Shown: positions 29,108-41,891 of the stretch, piece after piece
Numbering within the stretch: position 1 is the stretch's first letter
Layout: each line of letters begins with the position of its first letter
Notes under the pieces: generated by a model
Seen by the model: the letters and a program-made list of their open reading frames with translations, nothing else
Told to the model about the DNA's origin: nothing
Databases searched by the model: none
Assembly: GCA_046291745.1 (NCBI GenBank)
Contig: JBKBSI010000001.1
Span: forward strand, 1,156-65,155
DNA length: 64,000 nt
Direction: 5' to 3'
From: Pseudomonas sp.
GTDB lineage: Bacteria; Pseudomonadota; Gammaproteobacteria; Pseudomonadales; Pseudomonadaceae
Position numbers and translations under genes: made by a program

Positions 29108-29726
29108 TCCGTGGCAGCCACTGGCTCAATTCCTGCGGCTTGAGCGGCGGGCGCAAAAAACCAACGTACTGGCCGTCCGGGTTGACCATCACCACCTGAC
29201 CGCTATGGTCGACCAGATAGTTCTCGGTGCTGGTGTCCGGTTCGATATAGGCAATCGACAGCGCTCTGGCCAGCTTGGCCAGTTCCTGCGGGTCGCCGGT
29301 AGCACCCTGGAAGCCGGCGTTGAAGAAGCCCAGATACTGTTGCATCTGCTCTGGGGTGTCGCGGTTCGGGTCGACGCTGACCATGGTCACGCGCAGTTGC
29401 TCGGCGTAGCCCTCCGGCAGACTACTGACTACCTGCTTGAGTTCGGCCATGGTGGTCGGGCAGATGTCTGGGCAGAAGGTATAGCCGAAGAACAGCAAAT
29501 CCCATTGCCCGATCAGATCGTCCTTGCCCCAACTGCCACCTGCGGAAGACAGCATTTCGATTTCCGGTATGCTGCGCGGGCTGTCGAACAGGAATATTCC
29601 AGACTCTGAAAGCTGATCACGATCCAAAGGAACCGGACGGGTGACCTTGTTGACAATGGCACCTATGACTAACGCGATGGCTGCAAGGGTAACCAGAACG
29701 GTCTTCTGTACGCCGGTCATAGCCAT
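29094..29726 (-). CDS. SCO/SenC family copper chaperone
   Basis: N-terminal TM anchor, thioredoxin-fold CPDICP motif and a downstream His (VDHSG). Confidence 0.85.
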   Translation of the reverse strand: MAMTGVQKTVLVTLAAIALVIGAIVNKVTRPVPLDRDQLSESGIFLFDSPRSIPEIEMLSSAGGSWGKDDLIGQWDLLFFGYTFCPDICPTTMAELKQVVSSLPEGYAEQLRVTMVSVDPNRDTPEQMQQYLGFFNAGFQGATGDPQELAKLARALSIAYIEPDTSTENYLVDHSGQVVMVNPDGQYVGFLRPPLKPQELSQWLPRIMTP

Positions 29727-30622
29727 CCGGCAACTCCCACATAGTGATCAACCAGCAGGGCGACAAAAATCCACAGCAGGTACCAGAGCGAAAACTTGAA
29801 GGTCTTGATCGCCGCATGCGGGCGGCTATCGCGCCACATGGCCCAGGCCCAGTCGATAAAGCGCACGCCCAGTGCCAGAGCGACGACGAGGTAGATCACG
29901 CCACTCATCTTGATCACGTAGGGCAGCATGCTCACGGCCAACAGAATAAAGGTGTAGAGCAGGATATGCAGTTTGGTATAGCGCTCGCCGTGGGTAACCG
30001 GCAGCATCGGAATATCGACCTTGGCGTACTCGGCCTTGCGATGAATGGCCAAGGCCCAGAAGTGTGGCGGCGTCCAGGCAAAGATGATCAATACCAGCAG
30101 CAGCGCTTCGGCATCGACCTGACCGGTTACGGCGGTCCAGCCCAATAGCGGTGGTGCTGCACCGGCCAGTCCACCGATAACGATATTCTGCGGCGTGGCG
30201 CGTTTGAGGAAAGAGGTGTAGATCACCGCGTAGCCAAGCAGCGAGGCCAGGGTCAGCCAGGCGGTCAGGGCGTTGATCCATTGCAGCAGAATGGCCATGC
30301 CAGCCACACCGAGGATCAGGGCAAACAGCAATGCATTGAGCGGGTTGACTCGGCCCTGGGCCATGGGCCGCCGCTGGGTACGGGCCATATGGATATCGAT
30401 GCGGCGGTCCACCACGTGGTTGACCGCGGCTGCCGAACCGGCACAGAGCGCGATGCCCAGGTTGCCGAGTACCAGCGTGGCCCAGGGCACCATACCCTCG
30501 GTAGCAAGCAGCATGCCGATGGCAGAAGTAATGATCATCAGGGCTACGACCTTGGGCTTGGTCAGCTCAAGGTAGTCACGCCAGCCAGCGGTGGCCTGGG
30601 CGGTGTTGGTCATGCTTGTCAT
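29717..30622 (-). CDS. cyoE: protohaem IX farnesyltransferase (haem O synthase)
   Basis: UbiA-family motif [19 protein letters not shown]. Polytopic. Start at MTSMTN (30622) with a GGGGAAAG RBS. The track N-terminal extension was discarded. Confidence 0.9.
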   Translation of the reverse strand: MTSMTNTAQATAGWRDYLELTKPKVVALMIITSAIGMLLATEGMVPWATLVLGNLGIALCAGSAAAVNHVVDRRIDIHMARTQRRPMAQGRVNPLNALLFALILGVAGMAILLQWINALTAWLTLASLLGYAVIYTSFLKRATPQNIVIGGLAGAAPPLLGWTAVTGQVDAEALLLVLIIFAWTPPHFWALAIHRKAEYAKVDIPMLPVTHGERYTKLHILLYTFILLAVSMLPYVIKMSGVIYLVVALALGVRFIDWAWAMWRDSRPHAAIKTFKFSLWYLLWIFVALLVDHYVGVAGWL

Positions 30623-30701
30623 CAGTACTTTCCCCCGACGCGATGGGCGTCTTTTCTTGTTCTTGTAACGCAATACAATGCCGGACAGTATGCGCCAGCC
30701 G

Positions 30702-31742
30702 TCAGCGACTGGCCAGTGCTCCGCCCGCCCTACCGCCACTGAAAATCGCATCCCGTGACGGTGCTCGCAACTGATAGTTGATTGCCACCACCACCAGCAG
30801 CAACACCGCGCCAAAGGCGTTGTGCGCCACAGCTACGGCTAACGGCAAATGGGCCAGTACGTTGGTGATGCCGAGACTGACCTGGATCACCAGAGCCGCG
30901 ACCAGAAAACCCGCAAGTCGGCCTAGCGACGCCTGCAGCAATTGCCAGGCGAGCATCAGCAGTACCACCGTGGTCACAATCGCGCCCAGACGATGGGTAA
31001 AGTGAATGGCCGTGCGCCCGGCACCATCAAGCATCCCACCGAGGTAGTTGGGACCGATCTCCTGGAAAATATTGAAACCGGCAGCAAAGTCCATCTCTGG
31101 CCACCATTCGCCATGGCAGGTGGGCAGGTCGACACAGGCTACCGCCGCGTAATTGGTGCTGGTCCAACCGCCCAGAATGATCTGGCCTATCAGCACTACC
31201 AGAGCCACGCGGGCAAAGAGCCGCAACTTCTGCACGCTGCGCCTGGGCGCCAAGGGGTACATGCTGTTGGACAGGCGCAGGCACAGCAGCAGGAGCAGGC
31301 TCAAGGTAGCGAAGCCGCCCAGCAAATGCGCCGTGACTACCTGTGGCCAGAGCTTCAGGGTCACTGTCCACATGCCGAAAATAGCCTGACAGATAACCAG
31401 CAGCAACAGACCAAAGCTCAGACCTACCGGATAACCGGGTACATGACGTTTGCGCAGGCTGAACAGGGCCAGTCCGAGAATCACCACGCCGAGAATACCG
31501 GCGGCGTAGCGGTGAATCATTTCTGCCCAGGCCTTGAATACGTCCACTGGATCATCGGGGAAACGTATTTCCGCCAGTTCGATCGAACCTTCGCTGCGCG
31601 GTATGCCGAGAAAACCATAGCAACCGGGCCAGTCCGGGCAGCCAAGACCGGCATGCACCAGTCGCGTATAAGCACCGAGAATAACGACGACAAAGCCCAG
31701 CGCCAGAGCGCCTACAGCAAAAAGGTAACCGGGTTTACGCAT
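30702..31742 (-). CDS. ctaA: haem A synthase COX15/CtaA
   Basis: [10 protein letters not shown] motif, eight predicted TM helices and conserved His residues. Confidence 0.85.
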   Translation of the reverse strand: MRKPGYLFAVGALALGFVVVILGAYTRLVHAGLGCPDWPGCYGFLGIPRSEGSIELAEIRFPDDPVDVFKAWAEMIHRYAAGILGVVILGLALFSLRKRHVPGYPVGLSFGLLLLVICQAIFGMWTVTLKLWPQVVTAHLLGGFATLSLLLLLCLRLSNSMYPLAPRRSVQKLRLFARVALVVLIGQIILGGWTSTNYAAVACVDLPTCHGEWWPEMDFAAGFNIFQEIGPNYLGGMLDGAGRTAIHFTHRLGAIVTTVVLLMLAWQLLQASLGRLAGFLVAALVIQVSLGITNVLAHLPLAVAVAHNAFGAVLLLVVVAINYQLRAPSRDAIFSGGRAGGALASR

Positions 31743-31746
31743 GGTC

Positions 31747-32349
31747 CTACCCTATCTTGGATACTTTCAGAAGATGCTTGAGATCATCCAGCAGTTGCTT
31801 GCCGGGTTTGTTGACGTCCTGGTGCAGCACCACCCTACCCAGCGGGTCGACCACCCAAAGTTGCGGACCCTGTTGCCATGCTTCTGGGTGCTCGGTAAGG
31901 CTGTCATGATAGGCGCGGCCATCCAGTTGGGCCTGCTGCATGCGCGGATATTCCTCTGCCAGGCGTTGCTGCAGGGCTTCCGGCGCATCGCTACCCAGAG
32001 CCAGCATATGCGCTACCCGAGCAGCTTCACGCCCCAGCGCGACATTGATCTGACGGGCTTCGTGCAGTAGCGCCAGGCAGTCTTGCTCACAGTCTCCGGG
32101 GCTGGTTACCAGCAGGCGCCATGGGGCGCCATAGCCTATGGGCTCTACCTGCATCTGCCAGTCCTGAAGATTCAATTCTGGCTGCACCAGCTCCGAGCGA
32201 TTGGTCTGGCTATCGGGTATGCCGATGTCGGTTTTGGCCATGATCCAGGCTACGAGAATAGGCCCGATCACGATCGCGATTATTGCCAGTAACTTGAGCT
32301 GGCCGCTGGGCCTTGTCGGCGGCGTCGAAGGGGATTGCTGGTCGCTCAT
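31747..32349 (-). CDS. membrane-anchored hypothetical protein with CxxxC motif (Sco-like) in the oxidase biogenesis cluster
   Basis: A TM anchor (LKLLAIIAIVIGPILVAWIM) is followed by a soluble domain containing SPGDCEQDC and VVDPLGRVVL. These line up by eye with FCPDICP and VNPDGQYV of the nearby SCO protein. The ATG overlaps the SURF1 stop (ATGA). Confidence 0.55.
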   Translation of the reverse strand: MSDQQSPSTPPTRPSGQLKLLAIIAIVIGPILVAWIMAKTDIGIPDSQTNRSELVQPELNLQDWQMQVEPIGYGAPWRLLVTSPGDCEQDCLALLHEARQINVALGREAARVAHMLALGSDAPEALQQRLAEEYPRMQQAQLDGRAYHDSLTEHPEAWQQGPQLWVVDPLGRVVLHQDVNKPGKQLLDDLKHLLKVSKIG

Positions 32350-33080
32350 GGTTGCGTATTTCTCCGGGGTTCGGGCCGCAAACCGGCCCAGATAAAGAGT
32401 GCCAGTAACGCCAGGGCCAGAGCAAACCATTGCACCGCATAGGCAGTGTGTTTGCTGGCCGTGGTCGGTAGCGGTGGCCAGCTAAGCGTCAAGGCTGCCG
32501 GACTGCCGATCTTCAGTCGAGCGCTCCAGCTCAGCAGGTTCGGCTCTGCGGCTTCTTCGGCAAAGCGCTGTAGATCTACCTGGGTAATCAGCCGCGGCCA
32601 GCCGGTGGCATCCGCTTGCTGGCCCAGGGTAAAGCCCTGTTCTGCCTGCGGCACCGCCTCGGCGTCCAGCTGCAGAATACCTTTGGGGGTATCAATGCTC
32701 GGCAGCTGCCGCCTTGCGGGCCAGGCTACCCAACCGCGGTTGATGACTATGGGCTGCGCCGAGAGCTGGTCACGGAACAGTTGCAGAACCTCCACACCCG
32801 CCTTGCCATCGCGGGTGCGATTGTCCAGCAACCAGATGTGCTCTGGATCGAACTCACCCTGCAACTGCAGCGGGCGCCAGGCGCGGTCTTCAAGCTGGTC
32901 AAGCTCAAGCAGATTCTGCGCCAGGGCGCTGCGGTTGGTATCCATCTGTGCCTGCAGCATCTGCTTCTCATCGGCCCTTTGCAGTTGCCAATAACCCAGG
33001 CTCAGCAGTATTGGCATGAATGCCAGCACAAAGAGCCAGAGCGGCCAACCGGGAGCGAAGCGTTTTGAGGTGTCAGACAT
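32346..33080 (-). CDS. SURF1 family cytochrome oxidase assembly protein
   Basis: Two terminal TM helices flank a periplasmic domain. LGYWQLQR motif. Position is conserved within the cox cluster. Confidence 0.8.
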   Translation of the reverse strand: MSDTSKRFAPGWPLWLFVLAFMPILLSLGYWQLQRADEKQMLQAQMDTNRSALAQNLLELDQLEDRAWRPLQLQGEFDPEHIWLLDNRTRDGKAGVEVLQLFRDQLSAQPIVINRGWVAWPARRQLPSIDTPKGILQLDAEAVPQAEQGFTLGQQADATGWPRLITQVDLQRFAEEAAEPNLLSWSARLKIGSPAALTLSWPPLPTTASKHTAYAVQWFALALALLALFIWAGLRPEPRRNTQP

Positions 33081-33143
33081 GGCAGCCTTGATGAACAACA
33101 GGGTCTATAATGGCAAAACCCTTCAACACTATGGATTTCAATT

Positions 33144-33356
33144 ATGTGGCTCAAACTGGCCATCCTGGTATTACTGCTGGCTATCATCGCCAGCCTGTTC
33201 AGCGGTCTTGTTTTTCTGGTCAAGGACACCAACAATTCCGGCCGCGTGGTCAATGCACTGACTGTGCGCATTGCGTTGACGGTAGCGGTGGTGTTGCTGA
33301 TTAGCTATGGCTTCTGGTCCGGACAATTCGCCTGGAACACGCCTTGGGTTAAATAA
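33144..33356 (+). CDS. twin transmembrane helix small protein (DUF2909)
   Basis: 70 aa with two hydrophobic helices. It is the only plus-strand gene inside the cox cluster, as in other pseudomonads. Confidence 0.65.
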   Translation: MWLKLAILVLLLAIIASLFSGLVFLVKDTNNSGRVVNALTVRIALTVAVVLLISYGFWSGQFAWNTPWVK

Positions 33357-33368
33357 CCCCAAAAAGGC

Positions 33369-33403
33369 GCGGCTGCCGATCTCCGCAATGGAGAAAGGCA
33401 GCC
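33369..33403. terminator. bidirectional hairpin between convergent DUF2909 gene and coxC
   Basis: CGGCTGCC...GGCAGCCG outer stem with an inner TCTCC-GCAAT-GGAGA stem. Confidence 0.45.
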
Positions 33404-33413
33404 GAATAGCAGA

Positions 33414-34304
33414 TCAGAAAATATAGACGAAGATAAACAGTCCGACCCAGACCACATCAACGAAGTGCCAGTACCAGCTCGCCGCCTCGAAGCCGAAGTG
33501 CTGCTCGGGGGTGAAGTGCCCCTTGTGAATGCGAACCAGCATTACCGTCAGGATCAGCGTACCCATAAATACGTGCACGCCGTGGAAGCCGGTGAGCATG
33601 AAGAAGGTTGCGCCGTAGATCCCGGAGTTGAGGGTCAAACCCAGATCACGGTAAGCGTGAACATATTCGGCCATCTGCAGGCCCAGGAAGATCACCGCCA
33701 GCACTACCGTCAGCAACAGCCAGTTCTTCAGCGCTGCGCGCTTGCCTGCACGCAGGGCGTGGTGGGCAAAGGTCACAGTGATACTGGAAGTGATCAGGAT
33801 AATGGTGTTGAGCAGCGGCAACTGCCAGGGGCTGATGGTTTCCTGTGGCCCGGGGAACAGATTCGGGTTGGGGTTCTGCATCAGCGGCCAGGTGTATTCG
33901 AAGCCAGGCCAGAGCATGCTGGTGATGCCCTTGTCGCCTTCGCCGGCCAGCCAGGGGCCAGCAAAGGTACGAACGTAGAACAGGGCACCGAAGAAGGCGG
34001 CAAAGAACATCACTTCGGAGAAAATGAACCAGCCCATGCCCATACGGAAGGAGCGATCCATCTGTGGGCTATAGAGCCCCTGGTGGCTTTCGCTGATCAC
34101 GTTGCCGAACCAGCCGAAGAACATCCAGGTGAGGATGGCCATACCAATCAGCAGAGTAATCCAGCCACTGTCGCCGCTGGTGTTCATGAGCGTACCCATG
34201 CCGACCAGGAATACCAGCAGGCCGATGGAACCGACTATCGGCCACTTGCTCTGGGCCGGTACATAATATTCCTGGTGCGTTGAATCCGTTGGGTGACTCG
34301 CCAT
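33414..34304 (-). CDS. coxC: cytochrome c oxidase subunit III
   Basis: 296 aa with seven TM helices. C-terminal WYWHFVDVVW motif. Confidence 0.95.
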   Translation of the reverse strand: MASHPTDSTHQEYYVPAQSKWPIVGSIGLLVFLVGMGTLMNTSGDSGWITLLIGMAILTWMFFGWFGNVISESHQGLYSPQMDRSFRMGMGWFIFSEVMFFAAFFGALFYVRTFAGPWLAGEGDKGITSMLWPGFEYTWPLMQNPNPNLFPGPQETISPWQLPLLNTIILITSSITVTFAHHALRAGKRAALKNWLLLTVVLAVIFLGLQMAEYVHAYRDLGLTLNSGIYGATFFMLTGFHGVHVFMGTLILTVMLVRIHKGHFTPEQHFGFEAASWYWHFVDVVWVGLFIFVYIF

Positions 34305-34333
34305 CTCTTGTTCTCCTTGTCAGGCAGTCAATA

Positions 34334-34900
34334 TCAGTTGCTGTGCACGGCGGCTAGATCAAAACTCTCAGCCAGGCGCTCAGTAACATCAAATATGGTG
34401 TAGGACAGCGTCAGGCGCTGGACTTCCCGGGGCAAGCCCGGATCGACGATAAAACGTACGGGCATTTCCACTGTTTCGCCGGGCTGCAGAACCTGCTGGG
34501 TAAAGCAGAAGCACTCGGTCTTGTGGAAATAGGCCGCCGCCTTGGAAGGCGCGACGCTCGGTATGGCCTGGGCAATCATCGGTTTGTTGGTCGGGTTATG
34601 CGCAATGAAGTTCATCTCCCGGGTCTCGCCCGGGTGCAGGATCAGCTCATTTGCTTCAGGCCCAAAGGACCAGACCATGCCGTCGGCATTGGTGGAAATG
34701 AACTGCACCCGCACCGAGCGATTCTCGTCGATCACACCGGCGCTGCCGGTGTAAGCCGAACCACTGGTTTTACCGTTGATACCAAAGGCTTCGCACATCA
34801 CGTCATAGATGGGCACCAGCAGGAAGCCGAAGCCAAACATGCCCACCACCAGTAAACCGAGGCGGCCGACCAGACGTTTTGTGCTAATACCTTCGCTCAT
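34334..34900 (-). CDS. ctaG: cytochrome c oxidase assembly protein Cox11/CtaG
   Basis: TM anchor and copper-binding CFCF motif (TECFCFTQQ). Confidence 0.9.
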   Translation of the reverse strand: MSEGISTKRLVGRLGLLVVGMFGFGFLLVPIYDVMCEAFGINGKTSGSAYTGSAGVIDENRSVRVQFISTNADGMVWSFGPEANELILHPGETREMNFIAHNPTNKPMIAQAIPSVAPSKAAAYFHKTECFCFTQQVLQPGETVEMPVRFIVDPGLPREVQRLTLSYTIFDVTERLAESFDLAAVHSN

Positions 34901-34910
34901 TACATTCCCC

Positions 34911-36494
34911 TTACTTTACTTCTGGCGGTGTGCTGAAGGTGTGATACGGAGCCGGTGATGGCACCGTCCATTCCAGACCTTCGGCTCCGTCCCAGGGCTT
35001 GGCTGAAGCTTTTGGGCCGCCCTTGATGCATTTGATCACGATAAACAGGAACAACAGCTGAGTCGCACCGAACATGAACGCCCCTACCGAGGAGATCATG
35101 TTGAAGTTGGCAAACATCATGTTGTAGTCCGGAATACGACGTGGCATGCCGGCCAGACCGATGAAGTGCATCGGGAAGAAGGCCAGGTTCATACCGACGA
35201 AGGACATCCAGAAATGCGTCTTGGCCAGTACTTCGTCGTACATGTGGCCGGTCCACTTCGGCAGCCAGTAGTAGGTCGAGGCAAAGATGCCGAAGATCGC
35301 ACCCGGCACCAGCACGTAATGGAAGTGCGCCACTACGAAGTAGGTGTCGTGGTACTGGAAGTCCGCCGGAGCAATCGCCAGCATCAGACCGGAGAAGCCA
35401 CCGATGGTGAACAGGATCACGAAGGCCACGGAAAACAGCATGGGTGCTTCAAAGCTCAGTGAGCCGCGGAACATGGTGCTGACCCAGTTGAACACCTTGA
35501 CCCCGGTCGGGACCGCAATCAACAGGGTGGCGTACATGAAGAACAGTTCACCGGTCAGCGGAATGCCGACGGTAAACATATGGTGCGCCCAGACCACGAA
35601 GGACAGGAAAGCAATCGCTGCGGTGGCGTAAACCATTGAGGTGTAGCCGAACAGCGGCTTGCGGCTGAAGGCCGGGATAATGGCACTGACCGCGCCAAAG
35701 GCGGGCAGGATCATGATGTACACCTCGGGGTGCCCGAAGAACCAGAAAATATGCTGGAACATCACCGGGTCACCGCCACCAGCGGCGTTGAAGAAACTGG
35801 TGCCAAAGTGGATGTCCATCAGCATCATGGTCACCACGCCCGCCAGTACCGGCATTACCGCAACCAGCAGGAAGGCAGTGATCAGCCAGGTCCAGACGAA
35901 CAGCGGCATCTTCATCAGGGTCATGCCGGGCGCGCGCAGGTTGATGATGGTGGCGATAATGTTGATCGCACCCATGATCGAACTGATACCGGCAATGTGA
36001 ATGGCAAAGATGAAGAAGGTCACACTGGGTGGCGCGTAGGTGGTCGACAGCGGAGCGTAGAAGGTCCAGCCGAAGTTCGGGCCACCGCCCTCCATGAACA
36101 GCGTGGAAACCAGCAGACCGAAAGCGGCCGGCAGCAACCAGAAGCTGAAGTTGTTCATCCGCGGCAGGGCCATGTCTGGCGCCCCGATCATCATCGGGAT
36201 CATCCAGTTGGCCAGACCAACGAACGCCGGCATAACCGCACCGAAGACCATGATCAGACCGTGCATGGTGGTCATCTGGTTAAAAAATTCCGGCTCTACC
36301 AACTGCAGACCGGGTTGAAAGAGTTCTGCGCGGATAACCATGGCCATGGTCCCGCCGAGCAGGAACATGGCAAAGCTGAACCACAGGTACATCGAACCGA
36401 TGTCCTTATGGTTGGTAGTCAGCACCCAACGCATCAAACCTTTGGCCGGACCATGGGCATGGTCGGCGTGATGGTGATCGATCACTGCACTCAT
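34911..36494 (-). CDS. coxA: cytochrome c oxidase subunit I
   Basis: 527 aa with WFFGHPEVYIMILP, and HHMF and VAHFHY haem/CuB ligand motifs. Confidence 0.97.
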   Translation of the reverse strand: MSAVIDHHHADHAHGPAKGLMRWVLTTNHKDIGSMYLWFSFAMFLLGGTMAMVIRAELFQPGLQLVEPEFFNQMTTMHGLIMVFGAVMPAFVGLANWMIPMMIGAPDMALPRMNNFSFWLLPAAFGLLVSTLFMEGGGPNFGWTFYAPLSTTYAPPSVTFFIFAIHIAGISSIMGAINIIATIINLRAPGMTLMKMPLFVWTWLITAFLLVAVMPVLAGVVTMMLMDIHFGTSFFNAAGGGDPVMFQHIFWFFGHPEVYIMILPAFGAVSAIIPAFSRKPLFGYTSMVYATAAIAFLSFVVWAHHMFTVGIPLTGELFFMYATLLIAVPTGVKVFNWVSTMFRGSLSFEAPMLFSVAFVILFTIGGFSGLMLAIAPADFQYHDTYFVVAHFHYVLVPGAIFGIFASTYYWLPKWTGHMYDEVLAKTHFWMSFVGMNLAFFPMHFIGLAGMPRRIPDYNMMFANFNMISSVGAFMFGATQLLFLFIVIKCIKGGPKASAKPWDGAEGLEWTVPSPAPYHTFSTPPEVK

Positions 36495-36503
36495 GATGGT
36501 CTC

Positions 36504-37628
36504 CTATTGGCTGTTCTTGAAGTTGAGGATATCCAGCGGAGATACAATCTCGCCGGTGTCGTTGCCCCAGGCATTACGCTCATAGGTAATGACGGCTGCG
36601 ATATCCACTTCAGACAGCTGTCCAGCGTAGGCGGCCATTGATGTGCCGGGTTTGCCGTTGACGACGATATCAATGTGAGCGGGGATATCGTTGAGTGCCA
36701 TGTTGCTGCCTTTCAGGGCCGGGAACATGGGCGGCAAGCCTTCACCACCAGGCTGGTGACAGGCGGCACAGGCGGTGGAGTAGACGCGTTCGCCGCGCTC
36801 CATCAACTCAGCCAGTGTCCATTCCTTGTCGCGTAGTTCGGCTTCGCGTGCAGCGGCTTCTTTTTTCTCGGCCAGCCAGATAGCAAAATCTTCCTGGCTC
36901 TTGGCTTCCACTACTACCGGCATGAAGGCGTGGTCACGACCACAGAGTTCGGTGCATTGGCCGCGGTAAATGCCAGGTTCTTCGATACGCGTCCAGGCCT
37001 CGTTGACGAAACCAGGGATGGCATCTTTCTTCACCGCCAGGGCCGGTACCCACCAGGAGTGAATAACATCGGCAGCGGTAATCAGGAAGCGCACTTTCTG
37101 GCCAACGGGCAGTACTAGCGGCTCATCAACTTCGAGCAGGTAGTTCTCGTTCTTGGCGGTGCGGTTGCGGATTTCGTCGCGGGGGGTGGTCATGTTGCTC
37201 ATGAAGGTGACGTCTTCACCCATGTAGCTGTACTGCCAGCGCCACTGATAGCCGGTGATCAGGATATCCATGTCCGAGTCTTCGGCGTCATAGATATCAA
37301 TCAGGGTCTTGGTCGCGGGGATGGCCATACCTACCAGAATCAGCAGCGGGATGACGGTCCAGAGGATTTCGACGCCAACGTTCTCGTGGAACTTCGCTGG
37401 TACAGCACCCTTTGATTTGCGGTGCATGAACATCGAATAGAACATGATTGAAAAGACGATGACACCAATGACCACGCAGATCCAGAAGATCAGCATGTGC
37501 AGGTCATAAATGGCATTACTGATGTCTGTCACGCCCTTTGGCATATTGAATGCCCATCCGGCGCTAACGGTGCCGCTGAGTGTCAGCAGAAGAAATCCAC
37601 TCAGCCAGGCGCTTGCATATCGCAACAT
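36504..37628 (-). CDS. coxB: cytochrome c oxidase subunit II with C-terminal cytochrome c domain
   Basis: CuA site HSWWVP...CTELCGRDHAFM and a C-terminal CAACHQ haem c site. Confidence 0.95.
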   Translation of the reverse strand: MLRYASAWLSGFLLLTLSGTVSAGWAFNMPKGVTDISNAIYDLHMLIFWICVVIGVIVFSIMFYSMFMHRKSKGAVPAKFHENVGVEILWTVIPLLILVGMAIPATKTLIDIYDAEDSDMDILITGYQWRWQYSYMGEDVTFMSNMTTPRDEIRNRTAKNENYLLEVDEPLVLPVGQKVRFLITAADVIHSWWVPALAVKKDAIPGFVNEAWTRIEEPGIYRGQCTELCGRDHAFMPVVVEAKSQEDFAIWLAEKKEAAAREAELRDKEWTLAELMERGERVYSTACAACHQPGGEGLPPMFPALKGSNMALNDIPAHIDIVVNGKPGTSMAAYAGQLSEVDIAAVITYERNAWGNDTGEIVSPLDILNFKNSQ

Positions 37629-38054
37629 TCCCGGTCCCCTTGTTTTTTTTATCAGTACTGGAAGCGGGGGAAAGGATATTCATGTAGTTGCGAGAACTGC
37701 ATAAATACATGAGGCAGCGCCAATTCAACGATTCCATCACGGTTACAGAGTCGATGACAGCAGTGCCCGGCCCCCCAAAAAACTGCCAGACCGGTTGAGT
37801 ATAGACCTGACAGATTTCATGGCAATCCCTGAAGGCTTTATTTTTTGATGTCTGTCAAGGTATGCAGTGTTGGGTTTGTGTTAGCAAAGCTGTATTCCAG
37901 AGGGGTTTGAACAGGTCTGCGTATATCGATAAGGCTGCTATTTGGCTCATTCGTGAGTCACTTTGACGATATCATGTCGCTCTGCTAGCGTATGCTTTAA
38001 ACGGCGCCATCTCATTGCCATCATTCCGTGGCAGTGGCGCAAGCGGAGTTTTCC

Positions 38055-38711
38055 ATGAATATTCAGGCCCTGCGTGACCGTGTCAGCAAGGCGGAGCAAC
38101 AGGAGCAGCTGCAGACCGGATTGCGTGGCTGGCTGCAGCCGCGCGTGGCTGTCCTGCATCCGTCTATTGCCGCGGGTGATGACGTTATGGATTCCCTATA
38201 CCGTTTCGTCAGCGGCTACATTGCCCAGGTACCGGACATGCTGGAAGCGGCCCAGAGCGTTGCCGAGCGAACCGGCACCCGCGAGCAGATGTTGCCGGTG
38301 CTCAAGGTGGCTGAAGCATTCTTTCTGCAGCCCCCTGACTTGCCGCAGGATCACCAGGGCATGCTGGCCCTGCTGGATGAAGCCTATCTGGCGCACCGGC
38401 TGGTAGAAGAGGTGAATGACCGCTATATCGCCCATGGCGGGCAAGCGCTGGTGCCACTGGATGCTACCCGCGCCAACCTGATTGCCCATCAGTTGCTGGG
38501 CGAGCCCTTTGCCAACGAGCTGGATGACATGGTCGCTGAGGCGGTCGAGACGCTGGCGCCGGAGAGCCTGTTCGCCAGCGCCTCGTTTGATCAATTTCGG
38601 GCTTTGGCTGCCAGCGGGCCGGGCTCACCCTGGGAAGAGTGGCCCTGCCTGTCACGCCAGTTGGGTGTTGATATTCGGCTGCGCGGGGCAGACGACAAGG
38701 GCTTCGACTAG
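38055..38711 (+). CDS. hypothetical protein (218 aa)
   Basis: ATG 38055 is preceded by GGAG. Codon usage looks coding-like. No motifs recognised. Confidence 0.5.
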   Translation: MNIQALRDRVSKAEQQEQLQTGLRGWLQPRVAVLHPSIAAGDDVMDSLYRFVSGYIAQVPDMLEAAQSVAERTGTREQMLPVLKVAEAFFLQPPDLPQDHQGMLALLDEAYLAHRLVEEVNDRYIAHGGQALVPLDATRANLIAHQLLGEPFANELDDMVAEAVETLAPESLFASASFDQFRALAASGPGSPWEEWPCLSRQLGVDIRLRGADDKGFD

Positions 38712-38743
38712 AATAAGCTCCAACTAGATAGCGCCTGACCAGA

Positions 38744-39003
38744 CTATTTCTTTTTCAACCGCGGGTTGGGGAAAAACTGCACTGTCTGGGCACTCACTGG
38801 CTTGGCTTCCTTGGGTTTGGTAACCCGGGTCGGCAGCTCGCGCGGGACGGAATTGCCCCGCTCGTCCAGGGTGTCGGCATAACCACAACTGACGCACTCG
38901 CGGTTGGGTACACCGTCCACCTCGAACATGCGGATGGTATCCATCTCGCTACAGGCCGGGCACACCGCCCCGGCGATGAAGCGCTTGATGGTCTGGCCAC
39001 TGG

Positions 39004-39007
<4 letters not shown>
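38744..39007 (-). CDS. yheV: YheV family putative zinc-ribbon protein
   Basis: 87 aa with CPAC...CVSC, a four-Cys ribbon. The start overlaps the prlC stop (ATGA context). Confidence 0.75.
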
Positions 39008-41052
<2,045 letters not shown>

Positions 41053-41173
41053 GGGGTATCCTGATCGGTACTGACTAGGGCATAAGTATGCATGGTATTG
41101 ATTATCGCTGGCTATCACACGGCCACTGAGTTTGTTAATGGTATCAAGAGCTTTCTTCAATGGAGAACGGTTG

Positions 41174-41722
41174 ATGAATATTCGGTCCTTTCGCGGCCAG
41201 CAGCCGCAGTTGGGTGAGGGCGTCTTTGTCGACCCTTCGGCAGTGGTGCTCGGCGACGTGGTGCTCGGCGATGACGTTTCGGTCTGGCCGCTGGTGGTCA
41301 TTCGCGGGGATATGCACAGCATCCGCATCGGCGCGCGTACCAGTGTGCAGGACGGCAGTGTGCTGCACATTACCCACGCCGGTCCCTTCAACCCGGACGG
41401 CTTCCCGCTGCAGGTGGGTGATGATGTGACCATTGGCCACAAGGTTTTGTTGCATGGCTGTACTGTTGGCAATCGCGTGCTGATCGGTATGGGCAGCATC
41501 GTCATGGACGGCGCAGTGATCGAGGACGAGGTAATTCTCGGCGCCGGCAGTCTGGTACCGGCCCAGCGCACTCTGGAGTCGGGTTATCTGTATATGGGTA
41601 GCCCGGCCCGTCAGGTGCGGGCACTGACCGAGCGTGAGCGTGAGTTCTTCGCTTACACAGCCGGAAACTATGTGCGACTGAAGAACGAACATATGAACGA
41701 GGGTTGGGCAGGCGGAGTCTAA
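41174..41722 (+). CDS. gamma carbonic anhydrase family / hexapeptide-repeat protein (YrdA-like)
   Basis: Left-handed beta-helix hexapeptide repeats. The conserved segments VVIRGDMHSIRIGARTSVQDGSVLH and TIGHKVLLHGC carry the family's His ligands. Confidence 0.85.
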   Translation: MNIRSFRGQQPQLGEGVFVDPSAVVLGDVVLGDDVSVWPLVVIRGDMHSIRIGARTSVQDGSVLHITHAGPFNPDGFPLQVGDDVTIGHKVLLHGCTVGNRVLIGMGSIVMDGAVIEDEVILGAGSLVPAQRTLESGYLYMGSPARQVRALTEREREFFAYTAGNYVRLKNEHMNEGWAGGV

Positions 41723-41891
41723 ACGGCGAAGCGCGGGACCCGCTGTAACGGTTTCGTGCAGCCAACTGCCAGCCGATCAGCCGCGTGAATAATAGTCGTG
41801 ATCACCGTGACATCCCCGCTTCCTGGTTTATGCTGGGCAGGTCATGGGCCCAAGCGCCCGCATTTTCGTTCCAGTCAAATCGAGGCTTTTC

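Noticed and set aside
41053-41571. 173-codon N-terminal extension of the prlC ORF (track ORF 39004-41571)
   Set aside because: The extension overlaps the divergent hexapeptide-repeat gene on the other strand. Oligopeptidase A homology begins at MTNANPLLQ (41052), giving the expected length of about 680 aa.
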